Assembly: GCA_951406725.2 (NCBI GenBank)
Contig: OX597823.1
Coordinates: 85,994,001-86,058,000 of the forward strand
From: Octopus vulgaris
Lineage: Eukaryota
Direction: 5' to 3'
DNA: 64,000 nt
Position 1 is the stretch's first letter, and every line of letters begins with the position of its first letter. Below the pieces are notes generated by a model that was not told where the DNA came from, did not search any database, and saw nothing but the letters and a program-made list of their open reading frames with translations. The position numbers and the translations under genes were made by a program. Positions 1 through 14,101 of this stretch are shown here, piece after piece.

Positions 1-259
1 AAAATTACCTACACAAATTTATATATAAATACACAACCATACATTTTTCGTATGTGTGTGTATGTATATAAATGTTTGTGTGTGTGTGTGTGTGCATATA
101 TAGATGTGTTACTGCATGCATATAAATGTGTGTATGTATACATATATGTATATATAATATCTACATATATATACATATATCTACACATATATATATATAT
201 ATATATAACATATATGTATTATTTATATAACATATATATTGCATACATGCGGCTGTGTA

Positions 260-302
<43 letters not shown>

Positions 303-304
303 TT

Positions 305-540
305 CGTTGCTTTTATCTTATTTAGTTCTTTGACGAGTGCAATGCTGGAGTACCGCCATTTTGTCGAAGAAATCGCCCTCTGGACTTATTCTTTGTAAGC
401 CTGGTATTTATTCTATAGGTCCCATCGGTTGAGCTGCTAAGTTACGGGATCATAGATACACCAATATCGGTTTTAACGATTATATGGTTGGAACCCGGAA
501 CCTCTTGTACGGAGAAGGCTTCTTACCACACAGTCAGTCC
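305..540 (-). mobile_element. SINE family A, degraded and internally deleted
   Basis: Diverged match to the family A tail and body (tgctggagtaccgcc, ggacttattctttgtaagcc, ctaagttacggg) and head (gaacccggaacc, cttaccacacag). Confidence 0.7.
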
Positions 541-546
541 TTAATA

Positions 547-605
<59 letters not shown>

Positions 606-608
<3 letters not shown>

Positions 609-660
609 GGTACCCCAGCATGGCCACAGCTCATAAGCTGAAACTATCAATCAATCAATC
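606..660 (+). mobile_element. Tail-only copy of the CR1-like LINE inserted in (TA)n
   Basis: GGCGGTACCCCAGCATGGCCACAGCTCATAAGCTGAAACT plus (ATCA)n is near-identical to the reverse complement of the LINE 3' end at 45311-45350. TA repeats lie on both sides. Confidence 0.75.
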
Positions 661-682
661 ATATATATATATACAAGTATAG

Positions 683-752
<70 letters not shown>

Positions 753-811
753 CTCTCTCTCTATATATATATAAATACATATACAGTATAAATACAAATA
801 TATATTTAAAT

Positions 812-852
<41 letters not shown>

Positions 853-894
853 TATACATACATATATACATACACATATATATATAACCTATTA

Positions 895-1268
895 TTATTT
901 TATTTGCTTCGGCCATTTCACTGCGTCCATGCTGGAGTAAAGAGTTTAGTAAGGACAATCGACCCCAGGACTTAATTTTGTAAGCCTAGAAATTACGCAA
1001 GATTACGAGGATGAAGACACACCAACATCGGTTGTCAAGGGATGGTGAGGGGCCAAACACGCACATACCCAATCATGTACATATATATGTATATAATATA
1101 ACATATATATAACGGCAGACTTCTTTCAGTTTCCGTCTAACCAATCCATTCGCAAATCATTGGTCAGACCCAGACCTTAACAGATGACACTTCCTCAAAA
1201 TAGCCACATAGTCGGAGTCAACCAGGAAAGGTGTTTGATAAGCATAAGCAAGCTACTTAACACACCCG
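895..1268 (-). mobile_element. SINE family A, degraded
   Basis: Tail (ccatgctggag, gaccccaggactt), body (acaccaacatcggttgtcaag) and head remnants (aagcaagctactt). Confidence 0.7.
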
Positions 1269-1295
1269 CCAATGCGCCCATCAGCCACGCCTGAT

Positions 1296-1304
1296 GTATG
1301 CATA

Positions 1305-1372
<68 letters not shown>

Positions 1373-1548
1373 TACACACACAAATGTATATATATATATA
1401 CACATGTATGTATATATATATATATGTATTAGTATATATATCTATATATATGTATATATATATGTATACGTATGTATATATATATGTATGTACGTACATA
1501 TATATGTATATGTACATATATGTGTGTATATATATATTCATATGTATG

Positions 1549-1620
<72 letters not shown>

Positions 1621-1660
1621 TATGTATATATATATATGTCTGTCATTATATATGTATATT
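1296..1660. repeat. Compound (TA)n/(GA)n/(TATG)n microsatellite tract
   Basis: Seen directly. One of many such tracts (also about 2990-3180, 3310-3490, 3560-3870). Confidence 0.95.
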
Positions 1661-3092
1661 CACATATTTCTGCATGTAGTTATATAATGCTTATATGCAC
1701 ATAGTCGAATATGTGTGTATATAAGTTTATGCATATTTTTCGTGCGTGTATATGTATATGCACGTATATTTGAATCTAAGTATAAATAGATAGGTAGATG
1801 GATAGAACAAAAATTGTAATTAAAAACACACAACTCTCTCAACTATTCATGAATACATTTGTCGTTATATTTACACAACATACTATTTGTATGTATATAA
1901 AAATGTGTATATATATGTGTGTGTGTATGTATATTATAAATATATGTACACGATAAATATATGAACATATGTATACAATATTTATATATATATATGATAT
2001 ATATATATTTAATATATAATATATATATATATATATGATATATAATATATATAATATATATGTATATAATATATACATTAGATATATAATATATATGTGT
2101 GTGTGTGCGGATGAATTTTGGTGTGTGTGAACTAACACACATTCACTCTCTCTCGCACAGCTATAGACAGGTATTTAAATGTGTATATATACGGAAATAT
2201 TTCATAGATAATTTTAGGTCTATCTATTTATAAACATATATATGTATTTTGTCTTTCTATATATTTTTTGTGTGTATGTGTTTGTGTGTCTATTGATTGA
2301 TATATGCACACATATATATATATATATAGCAGGAGATAGACTGAAGGATAGATAAATGGATAGATGGATTGATAGATATAGAGATACATAGATAGATACA
2401 TGGAGAGACAGATAGATATATACATACATACACACATGCACGCATATCTTATACACTTATACACTATAAACTTACAGATATGTATCTATAAATAGAGGCA
2501 TATCTATTGCAACTAATTCTATATTTATACACAGAGCGAAAGACCAGCACCTACATACACACACACACACACACAATGTACGTGTGTGTGTATGTGTCTT
2601 ATATATATATATATGTGCACATATTATTAAGCTATCATATACGTTGAAATACTTTAGTCTCACGTATGACATTAAGATATATAAAAGATACTGTCAAGAA
2701 TCCATGGCTGTGAGATATTCTTGAACTGATCCCTATGCGGTATATATTCACCAGAGTTAACCTTATGCAGTTGTGTTTTATAAAAATCTTTTATGTAAAA
2801 TCTTGTTATGTAAATCTATTTTAGTGCTTCTAATTTTAATTACTAATTTTAATTCCTGTAATTAGAATATTGAAATGGAACCTGGATTTAGATAAACGTA
2901 TGTATACTTTCATACATACGTTCATACATTCATACTGGTATATATGGAAATATATACGTATAGATAAACATATAGCATATATGGATGTAATGCATACATA
3001 CATACATGTATATATATATATATATACATACATACATACATACATATATACATACATATATATATATTATATATATATGCATATATATATAT

Positions 3093-3139
<47 letters not shown>

Positions 3140-3315
3140 TACATATATACATATTATATATATATATACATATATATTCGTCTGTGTGTGTGTGAATTTG
3201 AAAATCGGCATTCACGTATTTATGTATAGATATATGTATTCTCGTGTTAAATCACTATTTATACTCCAAGTATATGCATGTAATTATAAATGTATGCTAC
3301 CATTTATATGTATAG

Positions 3316-3363
<48 letters not shown>

Positions 3364-3439
3364 ATATATGTATTTATATATATGCCTTTCTGACTATGTA
3401 TATATATATATATATATATATATACATAGTCAAAAAGGC

Positions 3440-3484
<45 letters not shown>

Positions 3485-3611
3485 TAGATAGATTGACTGA
3501 TTGACTGAAATATAAAAGTGAGTTGTGTCTTTCTTTCCTTATGTCAGCGTATGCATGTATATATACATATTTATATGTGTATATACAAGTGTATATATAT
3601 ATATATAAGTG

Positions 3612-3655
<44 letters not shown>

Positions 3656-3745
3656 GATGTATATATCTATGTATATATATAGGTGCATATATCTATGTAT
3701 GTATGTATATATATATAGATGCATATATCTATGTATGTATGTATA

Positions 3746-3776
<31 letters not shown>

Positions 3777-4114
3777 AAGTATATGTATATATGTATATAT
3801 ATATATATACATGCATATATATATGTGTATATATATCCGTATATATATTTGTATATATATACATATAATTAAATACGTGTACATTTATACTTGTATATCG
3901 GGAAATTAAAGGAATTATTCAGACATATATACACTTACAAATACACTCTAAATACAGCTATATATTCCAGTCCTGTATATGCACATATATAAATTTAGGC
4001 AGACAAGCACACACGCATTTACTAGGGTGCACTTTTATCTATGAAAACTATTTATTTAATATTATGCAAGATATCATCAAACCGAAACATACATTTGTAT
4101 ATTTATAGATAATT

Positions 4115-4176
<62 letters not shown>

Positions 4177-4405
4177 AGAGAGAGGGTGGAGGGGAATAGG
4201 GAGAGACAGAGAGATAGATGGAGAGACTGAGATTGATAGATATGTAAATGTTTTATAATCATAGTTAACCCACTGCCACACATATAAACACCACCATATA
4301 CATACATATTACATACATTCATACACGCATACATACACACATATATTGACTTACTTATATACATTCTTTACATAAATGTATATAGATATATAAAAGTATA
4401 TTCTT

Positions 4406-4448
<43 letters not shown>

Positions 4449-4671
4449 AGCCCTACATAATGAGCTTTACAATCATATATATATATTTATACGTTTATTT
4501 ATGTATGTATGTATATATATGTGAATGTATGGGTGTATGTACAGGTATATTTTACATATGAAAATACACCTTATGTCTCTGTTATCTACATTTATTTGCA
4601 TATACAAACACCTGTATATAGTTATCTATCCTTCTGTGTGGCACCAACATATGTGTTTGTGTGTGTGTGTT

Positions 4672-4751
<80 letters not shown>

Positions 4752-4783
4752 CATACATAGGTACATACTTCCAAATATGCATA

Positions 4784-4983
4784 TACTCTTTTACTCTTTT
4801 ACTTGTTTCAGTCAGTTGACTGTGGCCATGCTGGAGCACCGCCTTTAATCGAGCGACTCGACCCCGGGACTTATTCTTTGTAAGTCTCTTTTGCCGAACC
4901 GCTAAGTGACGGAGACGTAAACACACCAGCATCGGTTGTCAAGAAATGCTAGGAGGACAAACACATACACACAAACCTACACG

Positions 4984-5039
<56 letters not shown>

Positions 5040-5203
5040 TACGACGGGCTTCTTTCCGTTTCCGTCTACCAAATCCACTCAGAAGGCTTTGGTCGGTCCG
5101 AGGCTATAGTAGAAGACACTTGCCCAAGGTGCCACGCAGTGGGATTGAACCCGGAGCCATGTGGTTGTTAAGCAAGCTACTTACCACACAGCCACTCCTG
5201 CGC
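4784..5203 (-). mobile_element. SINE family A, near-complete (tRNA head, CORE-like segment, internal TA/TG microsatellite, LINE-derived tail)
   Basis: A-box TGGCTGTGTGG and B-box GGTTCAATCCC, CORE-like GGCACCTTGGGCAAGTGTCTT, internal (TA)n, tail ending (AAAAGAGT)n. Confidence 0.9.
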
Positions 5204-5512
5204 ATATGTATACATGAATGTATATTTACCTAGATATATACATGCAAGACTGTTGCTATAATGTATGCATATTGTTATCATTTTAAAATTTAATTTCTTT
5301 TGTTTTTTCCAATTGCCTCTCCATCCATGTCTAACTTACCTGGGTGAGTGTATTCCTTTAACACATATGTAACATATGTAGTCATATATTTGTGCGTCAA
5401 TATATAAAGTAATATGGCTATACATATAAGCACACACATATATATGTATATAAATAAATATATATATATATATATATGTGTGTTTGTGTGTGTGTGTGTA
5501 TTCACACACCCA

Positions 5513-5582
<70 letters not shown>

Positions 5583-6069
5583 CATATTCATACGTACATA
5601 ATCACACCCACCAATAATTGGGCATCTAGATATATATATATCAATGTATAGTCATCTGTATATTTATACATATATATACACACACTCACACACACACATA
5701 TATAAATATAGCTGTACCTATATAATTACATGTTTATATGTGTATATAAATGAATTTCATATATATAAATATGTGCGTGTTCTAATGGTTGTGTGTGTGT
5801 GTGTGTGTGTATTGTCTGTATGTGTGTACATGTGTCTGTATGTGTGTACATGTGTCTGTTGGTATGTATAGCTATGTGACTGTATGCTTATGGTCATCGC
5901 GTATATTTTTTGCTATGTATATGTAAGTTTATACTCATATTTTATTGTACGTTTCTGGTGACGGACATCAGCAGATATTTAAGAAAGGCAGATTGCCAAA
6001 TCATCTCTGAGATAATAAAATCGCTGAGAGCTGCCTCTCAAATAAGATTGTTTGCGCATATGACAATTT

Positions 6070-6120
6070 TTTGCGCTGATGAGATCGTGTTAGCAATCGA
6101 AACATGAAATGTTTAATTAT
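6070..6120 (+). ncRNA. Hammerhead ribozyme-like motif (type I, Penelope-like relic)
   Basis: CTGATGA (6076-6082), stem II gatcgt/gcaatc with one mismatch, GAAAC, stem III at-gaa-at, GTT. Stem I pairs poorly. Confidence 0.45.
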
Positions 6121-8001
6121 TTCTTTAACTTCCTCATGCTTGAGTAGCTCAAATATAAATTTAAATTCCTACATGAATATCTAATTTCATGTATACAGAC
6201 GGTTGTTATGTTACCTGACTTTTAGATATTCGTACATTCATATCAATATCTATGTATGTTTTTTTATAATCGAAGTTTTATATGCAAGCATATATACTTG
6301 CTAACCTCTCTCTCTCTCTCTCTCTCTGTATACACACACACACACACACATATATATATATGCGTGTGTGTGTGTATACGCAAAGAATTATGTATATTCT
6401 AACATTTCTGTGTGTTTGTATACATATATTCACGTTTTACATATACATATATCAATACATCAGAGTGCCGCTGTGTATATGAGAGTATATATATATATAT
6501 ACATATATATGCGTGCATACATGCGTACTCTCATAGATAAATAGATGGAGAGATAGATATATAGATACATACATACATACATATACACATACGTACATAC
6601 ATACATGCATGCATATTTATAGGCGTGTAAGTATTTGTATGTGCATATATCTATATACGTTCAGTGAAACCACGAGTCACAATGCAATACTTGTTTTTGT
6701 CTAACGTTCATTACAACAAAATATTTCATGCTTGACATGTTATCCTGTTAATCCCTTCAACAATTCATATAATATCAGATTGCTCCAACGTAATCTTAAA
6801 ATGAGCAACATTGCTTGTGCTGCCCTCTCTCTTCTAGTTTCCAATTTCCGCGGTGTGATTGTGTGTCAAAAGATTGGGTGTGAAATTTCTCTATTCCTGC
6901 ACCCGACAACACAGACCATTAAAACAATCAGTGAAAACGTGGTACCAGCTACAATTCATGCTAGCTTATAATTGACATATCTTTATATGCAAATATGTGC
7001 GTGTTTGTTTGTGTGAGACTGTGATGTATGCATAGATATAGCGAGGTACGCACGCACACACGCTCACACACACACAGACACTCACACGCACACACATTCA
7101 TATAAATTCTTTACTTCTTTTGTATTGGATCTCGAAGTACTTATAAAGTACATATGAAACTATAAATAATAGCTTTATTGATAGATATATATTCTTTTGG
7201 GTCCAATTCCGAAATCAGAAATATTCCACGTTCTCCTGAAAATTTATAAATTCTTATGACATCAGCACACACACACACATACTACACACACAAACACACT
7301 CACACACACATATATATATTTAATACACACACACACAAACACAAACATATCCCGAGATAAATAGCTACTGATATGCATAGATCAATATACGGCTACACAC
7401 ACACATATGCACACACATGCGTATACATTTGTTTGTGTATGTATATATGTGTGTGCCTCTGGGTGTCTGCGTGTGTGTGTGCTTGCACTTGTCTGCGAAC
7501 GTATATATAGATATTTCTCTGTGTGTGTGTGTATGTGTGTGTAACGATATCTATCTACACATATATGTGGTTATACACACACACACACAGCCATGCAATC
7601 ACCCATATATGGACAAACAGTATTTTTTTTATCGCCCCATCAATACGTCTATTTATGTATCTATCGATCTCCACATCCCCACATTCACACACGCGCGCAC
7701 TCCGACACATAAGCTCATACATACACTTACACACATGCATAAATATTGTCTGTATATATGTACCGTATATAATTTTAGTATTTTAGTTTTACTTCAAAAG
7801 ATTGCGGAAATGCTGCAGCAACGCCCTCTACATTCTAGAGATGATCGTTTTGCTCCCAGCACTCATTTAATATGATACTTATTTGATCGATCTCTGATCA
7901 TCGATCCGCGCCATTACGGCATATAAACAACTTTGACCGGTGTAAATAGAAACACAGACCGAACTCACATGTAAATGTGCTTATATATATATGGATATAT
8001 A

Positions 8002-8069
<68 letters not shown>

Positions 8070-8382
8070 ATATATATATATATAATCTGTCTCGTTATAC
8101 GAGGTTTTTCTTTTCTACTTTTTATCTTTATTTGTACTTTCAGTTTTTCACTCTTTTACACTTTTTATCTTGATGCATTTATTTATCTGTCTGCTTGCAT
8201 AAACATACATACATATATATATATACGTGTGTGTGTGAACATGTTTATGTACAAACATGGAAGCGTCGAGTGAGTGTCAAACTTTAGAACTTAAGAATAT
8301 TTCGAACGGAGGAGCATAGTTGTGAAAACAGCTTTAAGAAATCGGGTAAAATACCCCAATAGATGAAAAAAAATTGCCAGTA

Positions 8383-8785
8383 GGCGCCGGAGTGGCTGTG
8401 TGGTAAGTAGCTTGCTTACCAACCGCATTGTTACTGTTTCAGTCCCACTGCGTTGCACCTTCGGCTAGTGTCTTCTACTATAGCCTCGCGCTGACCAAAG
8501 CCTTGTGAGTCGATTTGGTAAACGGAAGCTGAAAAGAAGTCCGCCGTATATATGTATATGTATATATATATGTGTATGTGTGTCTGTGTTTGGACCCCCC
8601 AACATCGCCTGACAACCGATGCTGGTGTGCTTACGTCCCCGTAACTTAGCGGTTCAGCAAAAGAAACCGATAGAATAAGTACTAGGCTTACAAAGAATAA
8701 GTCCTGGGGTCGATTTGCTCGACTAAAGGCGGTGCTCCAGCATGGCCGCAATCAAATGACTGTAACAAGTAAAAGAGTAAAGAGT
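8383..8785 (+). mobile_element. SINE family A, complete
   Basis: Starts GGCGCCGGAGTGGCTGTGTGGTAAG and ends CAAGTAAAAGAGTAAAGAGT. Confidence 0.92.
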
Positions 8786-8829
8786 AGTCGCTACACAAGA
8801 TCGAACAGTGACACACACGTACGTGTGTA

Positions 8830-9234
8830 TACTCTTTACTCTTTTACTTGTTTCAGTCATTTGACTGCGGCCATGCTGGAGCACCGCCTTTAGTCGAGCA
8901 AATCGACCCCGGGACTTATTCATTGTAAGCCCAGTACTTATCCTATCGGGCTCTTTTTGCCGAACCGCTAAGTGACGAGGACGTAAACACACCAGCATCG
9001 GTTGTCAAGCAATGCTAGGGGGACAAACACAGGCACACAAACATACACACACATATATATATACATATATACGACAGACTTCTTTCATTTTCCGTCTACC
9101 AAATTCACTCACAAGGCATTGGTCGGCCCGGGGCTATAGCAGAAGACACTTGCCCAAGATGCCACGCAGTGGAACTGAACCCGGAACCATGTGGTTGGTT
9201 AGCAAGCTACTTACCACACAGCCACTCCTGCGCC
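8830..9234 (-). mobile_element. SINE family A, complete; inverted partner of 8383-8785
   Basis: Reverse complement of the family A sequence along its full length. Confidence 0.92.
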
Positions 9235-9255
9235 TTATATATTCTTTTATTTTTT

Positions 9256-9626
9256 TCTTTTACTTGTTTCAGTCATTCGACTTCGGCCATGTTGGAGCAC
9301 CGCCTTCAGTCGAACAAATCGACCTCAGGACTTATTTCTGTTAAAATCTAGTACTTATTCTATCGTTCGCTTTTGCCGATTCGCAAAGTTTCGGGGACAC
9401 CGACATCGTTTGTCAAGCGATGGTGGGTGGGGGACAAACACAAACACACAATTATGCACACACAAACGTACACACACATATACGACGGGCTTCTTTCAGT
9501 TTCCCTCTGCCAAATCCAATCACAAGGCTTTGGGCGGGCCGAAGCTATAGCAGAAGACACTGGCCGAAGATGCCAGGCAACCATGTGGTTGGGAAGCAAG
9601 CTTCTTACCACACAGCCAGGCTGCGC
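9256..9626 (-). mobile_element. SINE family A, older copy
   Basis: Diverged full-length match, in tandem with the previous copy. Confidence 0.85.
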
Positions 9627-9919
9627 TTATATATGTATATATGTGTATTCTTTTATATTTGTACCGGTTACTGACAGAGGCTGTGGCCATGAAGGGTACC
9701 GACATAACCATTAACGTTTGTTAATTTTACGCTCACTTTCTGGACCCGTCTTTGAAATCAGTCTTTGTTAAGAAGTGAATCGGACAGAGCTGCCCTTCTT
9801 TGCGTTCCTTGCCGTGATGCGGCTTAATAAGGTGGATCAGATAAATCTTCTTTCTATACATCCACATCAACACCTCGTAAAACTCTGAAGACTTTTGGCC
9901 AGGTATTATATATATATAT

Positions 9920-10100
9920 ATTGCACAAAGAAAAGGGGAAAAAAGAGACGGAAGACAGAGACATGTGAGGAAACAATAAGCAAACTGTATTAGTTTGACG
10001 CTCAGGAAAAATGGAAGAGTCTTTGACGTTTCGAACCTACGATGGAGAGAGGGAAAACAATAGAAAGAAAAGAAAACGTGTCTGGATTAATGTTTATTCA
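9920..10100 (-). mobile_element. Family D short hammerhead-associated repeat, partial
   Basis: Shares tgtattagtttgacgctcaggaa and gacgtttcga with the copies at 20765, 23190, 25610 and 41930. Next to (TA)n. Confidence 0.6.
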
Positions 10101-10174
10101 TAATGTTTATTTAAAAACGATGGAAGAGTCTTTATATAGATAGATAGATAGATAGACAGAGAGACTTACATACT

Positions 10175-10243
<69 letters not shown>

Positions 10244-10335
10244 ATATTTGCAAAGAGAGAGAGAGAGAGAGAGACAAATAGACACAGAGGAAGAGAAAGA
10301 TTGACAGATAGATTGACAGCTAGATAAATAGATTG

Positions 10336-10366
<31 letters not shown>

Positions 10367-10394
10367 GATAGATAGATAGATGTTATTCATATTG

Positions 10395-10607
10395 GCTTCA
10401 AATTTTGTCACACAACCAGTAATTTCGAGAAATGGAGTAAGTCGATTACATCGACCCTAGTGTTCAACTGGTACTTATCTTATCAACCCCATAAAGATGA
10501 AAGACAAAGTCGACCACGGTGGCATTTGAACTCAGAATTTAAAGACGGGCGAACTGCCGCTAAGCATTGTGCCCAGCACGTTAACGATTCTGCCAGCTCG
10601 CCGCCTT
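10395..10607 (-). mobile_element. SINE family B
   Basis: Reverse complement of AAGGCGGCGAGCTGGCAGAATCG...GAGTTCAAA...CTTTCATC...GATAAGTACCAG. Confidence 0.85.
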
Positions 10608-10804
10608 CCATATTCATATTAATCATTGTATGTTATACTATATTTTTCTAACTTTTTCTCGATGCAGTCGTTTGAGTTCTGTCTGCAAAATCTTGCTTCT
10701 TCACGAGTTTAATGATTTACATTCTTTTCAATTTTCCCTCACTGTATCAAATGTGTTCAATACTAAATTAACTTCTCATGTTATAATATATACAAGCTTA
10801 AAAG

Positions 10805-11365
10805 AAGGCAAGCTGGCAGAAACGTTAGCACGCCAGGCGAAATGCTTAGCGGTATTTTGTCTGCCGCTACGTTCTGAGTTCAAATTCCGCCGAGGTCGAC
10901 TTTGCCTTTCATCCTTTCGGGGTCGATAAATTAAGTACCAGTTACGCACTGGGGTCGATGTAATCGACTTAATACCTATGTCTGTCCTTGTTTGTCCCCT
11001 CTGTGTTTAGCCCCTTGTGGGTAATAAAGAAATAGGTATTTCGTCTGCCGCTATATTCTGAGTTCAAATTCCGCCGAGGTCGACTTTGCCTTTCATCCTT
11101 TCGGGGTCGAATTTAATAAGTACCAGTTACGCACTGGGGTCGATGTAATCGACTTAATCCTTTTGTTTGTCCTTGTTTGTCCCCTCTGTGTTTAGTCCAT
11201 TGTGGGCAATGAAGAAATAGGTATTTCGTCTGACTTTACGTTCTGAATTTAAATACTGCCCTTCATCCTTTCGCTGTCGATAAATTAAGTACCCGTTGCG
11301 TACTGGGGTAGATCTAATCAACTGGCTCCCCTCCTCAAAAATTTTGGACCTTGTGCCTAAAGTAG
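10805..11365 (+). mobile_element. SINE family B concatemer: head + 2x(body+tail1) + body+tail2
   Basis: Units restart at GGTATTT at 10851, 11035 and 11220 (period 184-185 bp). A-box-like TGGCAGAAACG, B-box GAGTTCAAATTCC. Confidence 0.9.
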
Positions 11366-11366
11366 C

Positions 11367-11597
11367 AAGGCGGCGAGCTGGCTGAAACGTTAGCACGCAG
11401 TGCGGAATGCTTAGCGGTATTTCGTCTGCCGTTACGTTCTGAGTTCAAATTCCGCGAAGGCCGACTTTGCCTTTCATCGTTTCGGGGTCGATTAAATAAG
11501 TAGCAGTTACGAACTGGCTCTCTCCCCCAAAGTTTCGGGCCTTGTGCCTAGAGTAGAAAAGAAAATTCTAAGGCAGCGAGTTGGCAGAAACGTTAAC
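11367..11597 (+). mobile_element. SINE family B monomer plus a further head fragment
   Basis: AAGGCGGCGAGCTGG...GTGCCTAGAGTAGAAAAG, then AAGGCAGCGAGTTGGCAGAAACG. Confidence 0.85.
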
Positions 11598-11599
11598 TT

Positions 11600-11665
<66 letters not shown>

Positions 11666-11699
11666 AGCAACATTGTATATATGTATATATATGTATATA

Positions 11700-11970
11700 T
11701 ATATGTATATATGTATGTGTGTATATGTTTGTGTGTCTGTGTTTGTCCCCCAGCATCGCTTGACAACCGATGCTGGTGTGTTTACGTTCCTGTAACCTAG
11801 CGGTTCGGCAAAAGAGACCGATAGCGTGTATATATTCTTTTCTACTCTAGGCACAAGGCCCGACATTTTTAGATTTTTAGATCTACCCTAGCACGCAACT
11901 GGTACTTAATTTATCAACCCCGAAAGGATGAAAGGCAAAGTTGACCTCGGCAGAATTTGATCTCAGAACG
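11700..11970. mobile_element. SINE A middle fragment (+) joined to a SINE B fragment (-)
   Basis: cttgacaaccgatgctggtg...gagaccgatag, then tctactctaggcacaagg...aaggatgaaaggcaaag. Confidence 0.75.
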
Positions 11971-12093
11971 TCGCTGACTTCCTCGGTAGAATGTACCCAG
12001 TATCAACCACATGTTATGCCACAATCCGACGCTGCTGATGTAGGAAAACAATGATTGGAAAATCAGTTGTGTTTTAATTAGCTGCCCATCAAT

Positions 12094-12239
12094 ACATACA
12101 TACATACATACACACACGCATACATACATACATACATACATACATACATACATACACACATACATACATGCATACATACATACATACATACATACATACA
12201 TACATACATACATACATACATACATACATACATACATAC
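12094..12239. repeat. (CATA)n microsatellite
   Basis: Seen directly. Confidence 0.95.
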
Positions 12240-12569
12240 GCACAGTTATTTGCATATGTTCTTGGCTAACTCCGAGCATACACAGTCATACACAAATGAT
12301 TGTCTTGAATTATTTATCATACGACAAGCAAACATGTTTTGCTGTAAATACAAGAATCTCTGATTCAAAGTCGATGTGTTATTATCGTTATTGTATCTGT
12401 TTATAAACGATGTATTTTGTTTCTCTCTCATTGTCTGACTATTGTTTCGGTATTTTCCGTTTTATTGACTCAACCAATTAAGTTCCCGCTTCCGTCTACA
12501 GCTTAAAATATCAATTGTTCTCGCTTCCGCCACCTCCAAAAGCAGCTGCTGATATTGTTACTAATACTG

Positions 12570-12787
12570 ATTTCAAGTTTTGGCATAAGGCCAGCAAGTT
12601 CGGGGTATGGGATAAGTCGATTCATTGCTCCTCAGTGAACAACTGGTACTTTTTTTTTTTATCGACCCGGAGGGATGAAAGACAAAAATCGACCTCGGTG
12701 AACTTTGAACTCAGAATATGAAGACGGACGAAATGCCGCTAAGCAATTTTTATCGGCGTGTTAACGATTCTGCCAGCTCGCTGCCTT
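12570..12787 (-). mobile_element. SINE family B, older copy
   Basis: Diverged reverse-complement match. Confidence 0.8.
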
Positions 12788-12816
12788 ATATTACTACAAA
12801 TCCTACAATTGCTTCA

Positions 12817-12832
12817 GCTGCTGCTGCTGCTG

Positions 12833-12895
<63 letters not shown>

Positions 12896-12896
12896 T

Positions 12897-12990
<94 letters not shown>
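12817..12990. repeat. (GCT)n/(ACT)n compound trinucleotide repeat
   Basis: Seen directly. Confidence 0.95.
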
Positions 12991-12992
<2 letters not shown>

Positions 12993-13009
12993 AAACAAAG
13001 ATTGTAATA

Positions 13010-13378
13010 AAGGTTTCAAATTTTGGCGCAAGGACAGCAATTTCAGTGGAGGGGATAAGCATATTACATGGACTCCAGTGTACAACTGGTATGTATTTTA
13101 TCGACCCCGAAAGGATGAAAGGTAAAACATAAACAAGCCAACATCTATTGTCAACACTGGTGGACAAACACAGACACAAATACATTCAAACACCCACACA
13201 TACACAGGTGCGCGCATATATATATATGAATATGACGAGTTTCTTTCAGTTTCCATCAGTTTATCCATCCACAAGGCTTAGGTCGGCCCGTGGCTATAGT
13301 AGAAGATACTTACCCAAGGTGAGACACATAGCAACTGAACACGGGACTATCTAGTTAGGAAGCATACAGCCACGCGTG
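13010..13378 (-). mobile_element. SINE B fragment joined to a SINE A 5' portion
   Basis: atcgaccccgaaaggatgaaagg, then family A body and head (acaaggcttaggtcggcccgtggctatag). Confidence 0.7.
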
Positions 13379-13521
13379 TACTTACAGGAAAAAAACTCGC
13401 AGAAACATAACATCACCGCAGATCCCGAAGGCTTAGTCAGATTGAAACAAATTAAAAAGTAAAAGTAATTGGAACTTATAATACAGTGGACCCTTGTCGT
13501 TCGTGTAAGAGATGGCCCCCT

Positions 13522-14101
13522 AAAGGCGGTGGGCTGGTAGAATCGTTAGTAAGCCAGAAGAAATGCTTAGCGGTATTTCGTCTGTCTTTACATTCTTAGT
13601 TCAAATTCCGACGAGGTCGACTTTGCCTTTCATCCTTTCGGGGTCGATTAAATAAGTCCCAGTTACGCACTGGGGTCGATATAATCGACTTAATCCGTTT
13701 GTCTGTCCTTGTTTGTCCTCTCTATGTTTAGCCCCTTGTGGGTAGTAAAGGAATAGGTATTTCGTCTGTCTTTATGTTCTGAGTTCAAATTCCGCCGAGG
13801 TCGACTTTGACTTTTATCTTTTTGGGGTCGATTAAGTAAGTCCCAGTTACGCACTGGGGTCGATATAATCGACTTATCTGTTTGTCTATCCTTGTTTGTC
13901 CTTTCTGTGTTGAGCCCTTTGTGGGTAGTAAAGATATAGGTATTTCGCCTGTCTTTACATTCTTAGTTCAAATTCCGCCGAGGTCGACTTTGACATTTAT
14001 CTTTTTGGGGTCGATAAATTAAGTACCAGTTGCGTCCTGGGGTCGATCTAATCGGCTGGCCCCCTAGAGTAGAAAAGAGATGCCTTATGCCTAGAGTAGA
14101 A
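13522..14101 (+). mobile_element. SINE family B concatemer with a single TSD
   Basis: Units restart at 13572, 13756 and 13939. Flanking direct repeat AAGAGATGGCCCC at 13507-13519 and 14102-14114. Confidence 0.9.

Noticed and set aside
4946-9344. Recurrent ORFs such as RRASFSFRLPNPL...GYSRRHLPK
   Set aside because: They are antisense translations of SINE family A, not a gene family.
10851-11365. Regularly spaced repeats resembling a CRISPR array
   Set aside because: Whole 184-bp units repeat with no unique spacers; these are eukaryotic SINE concatemers and there are no cas genes.
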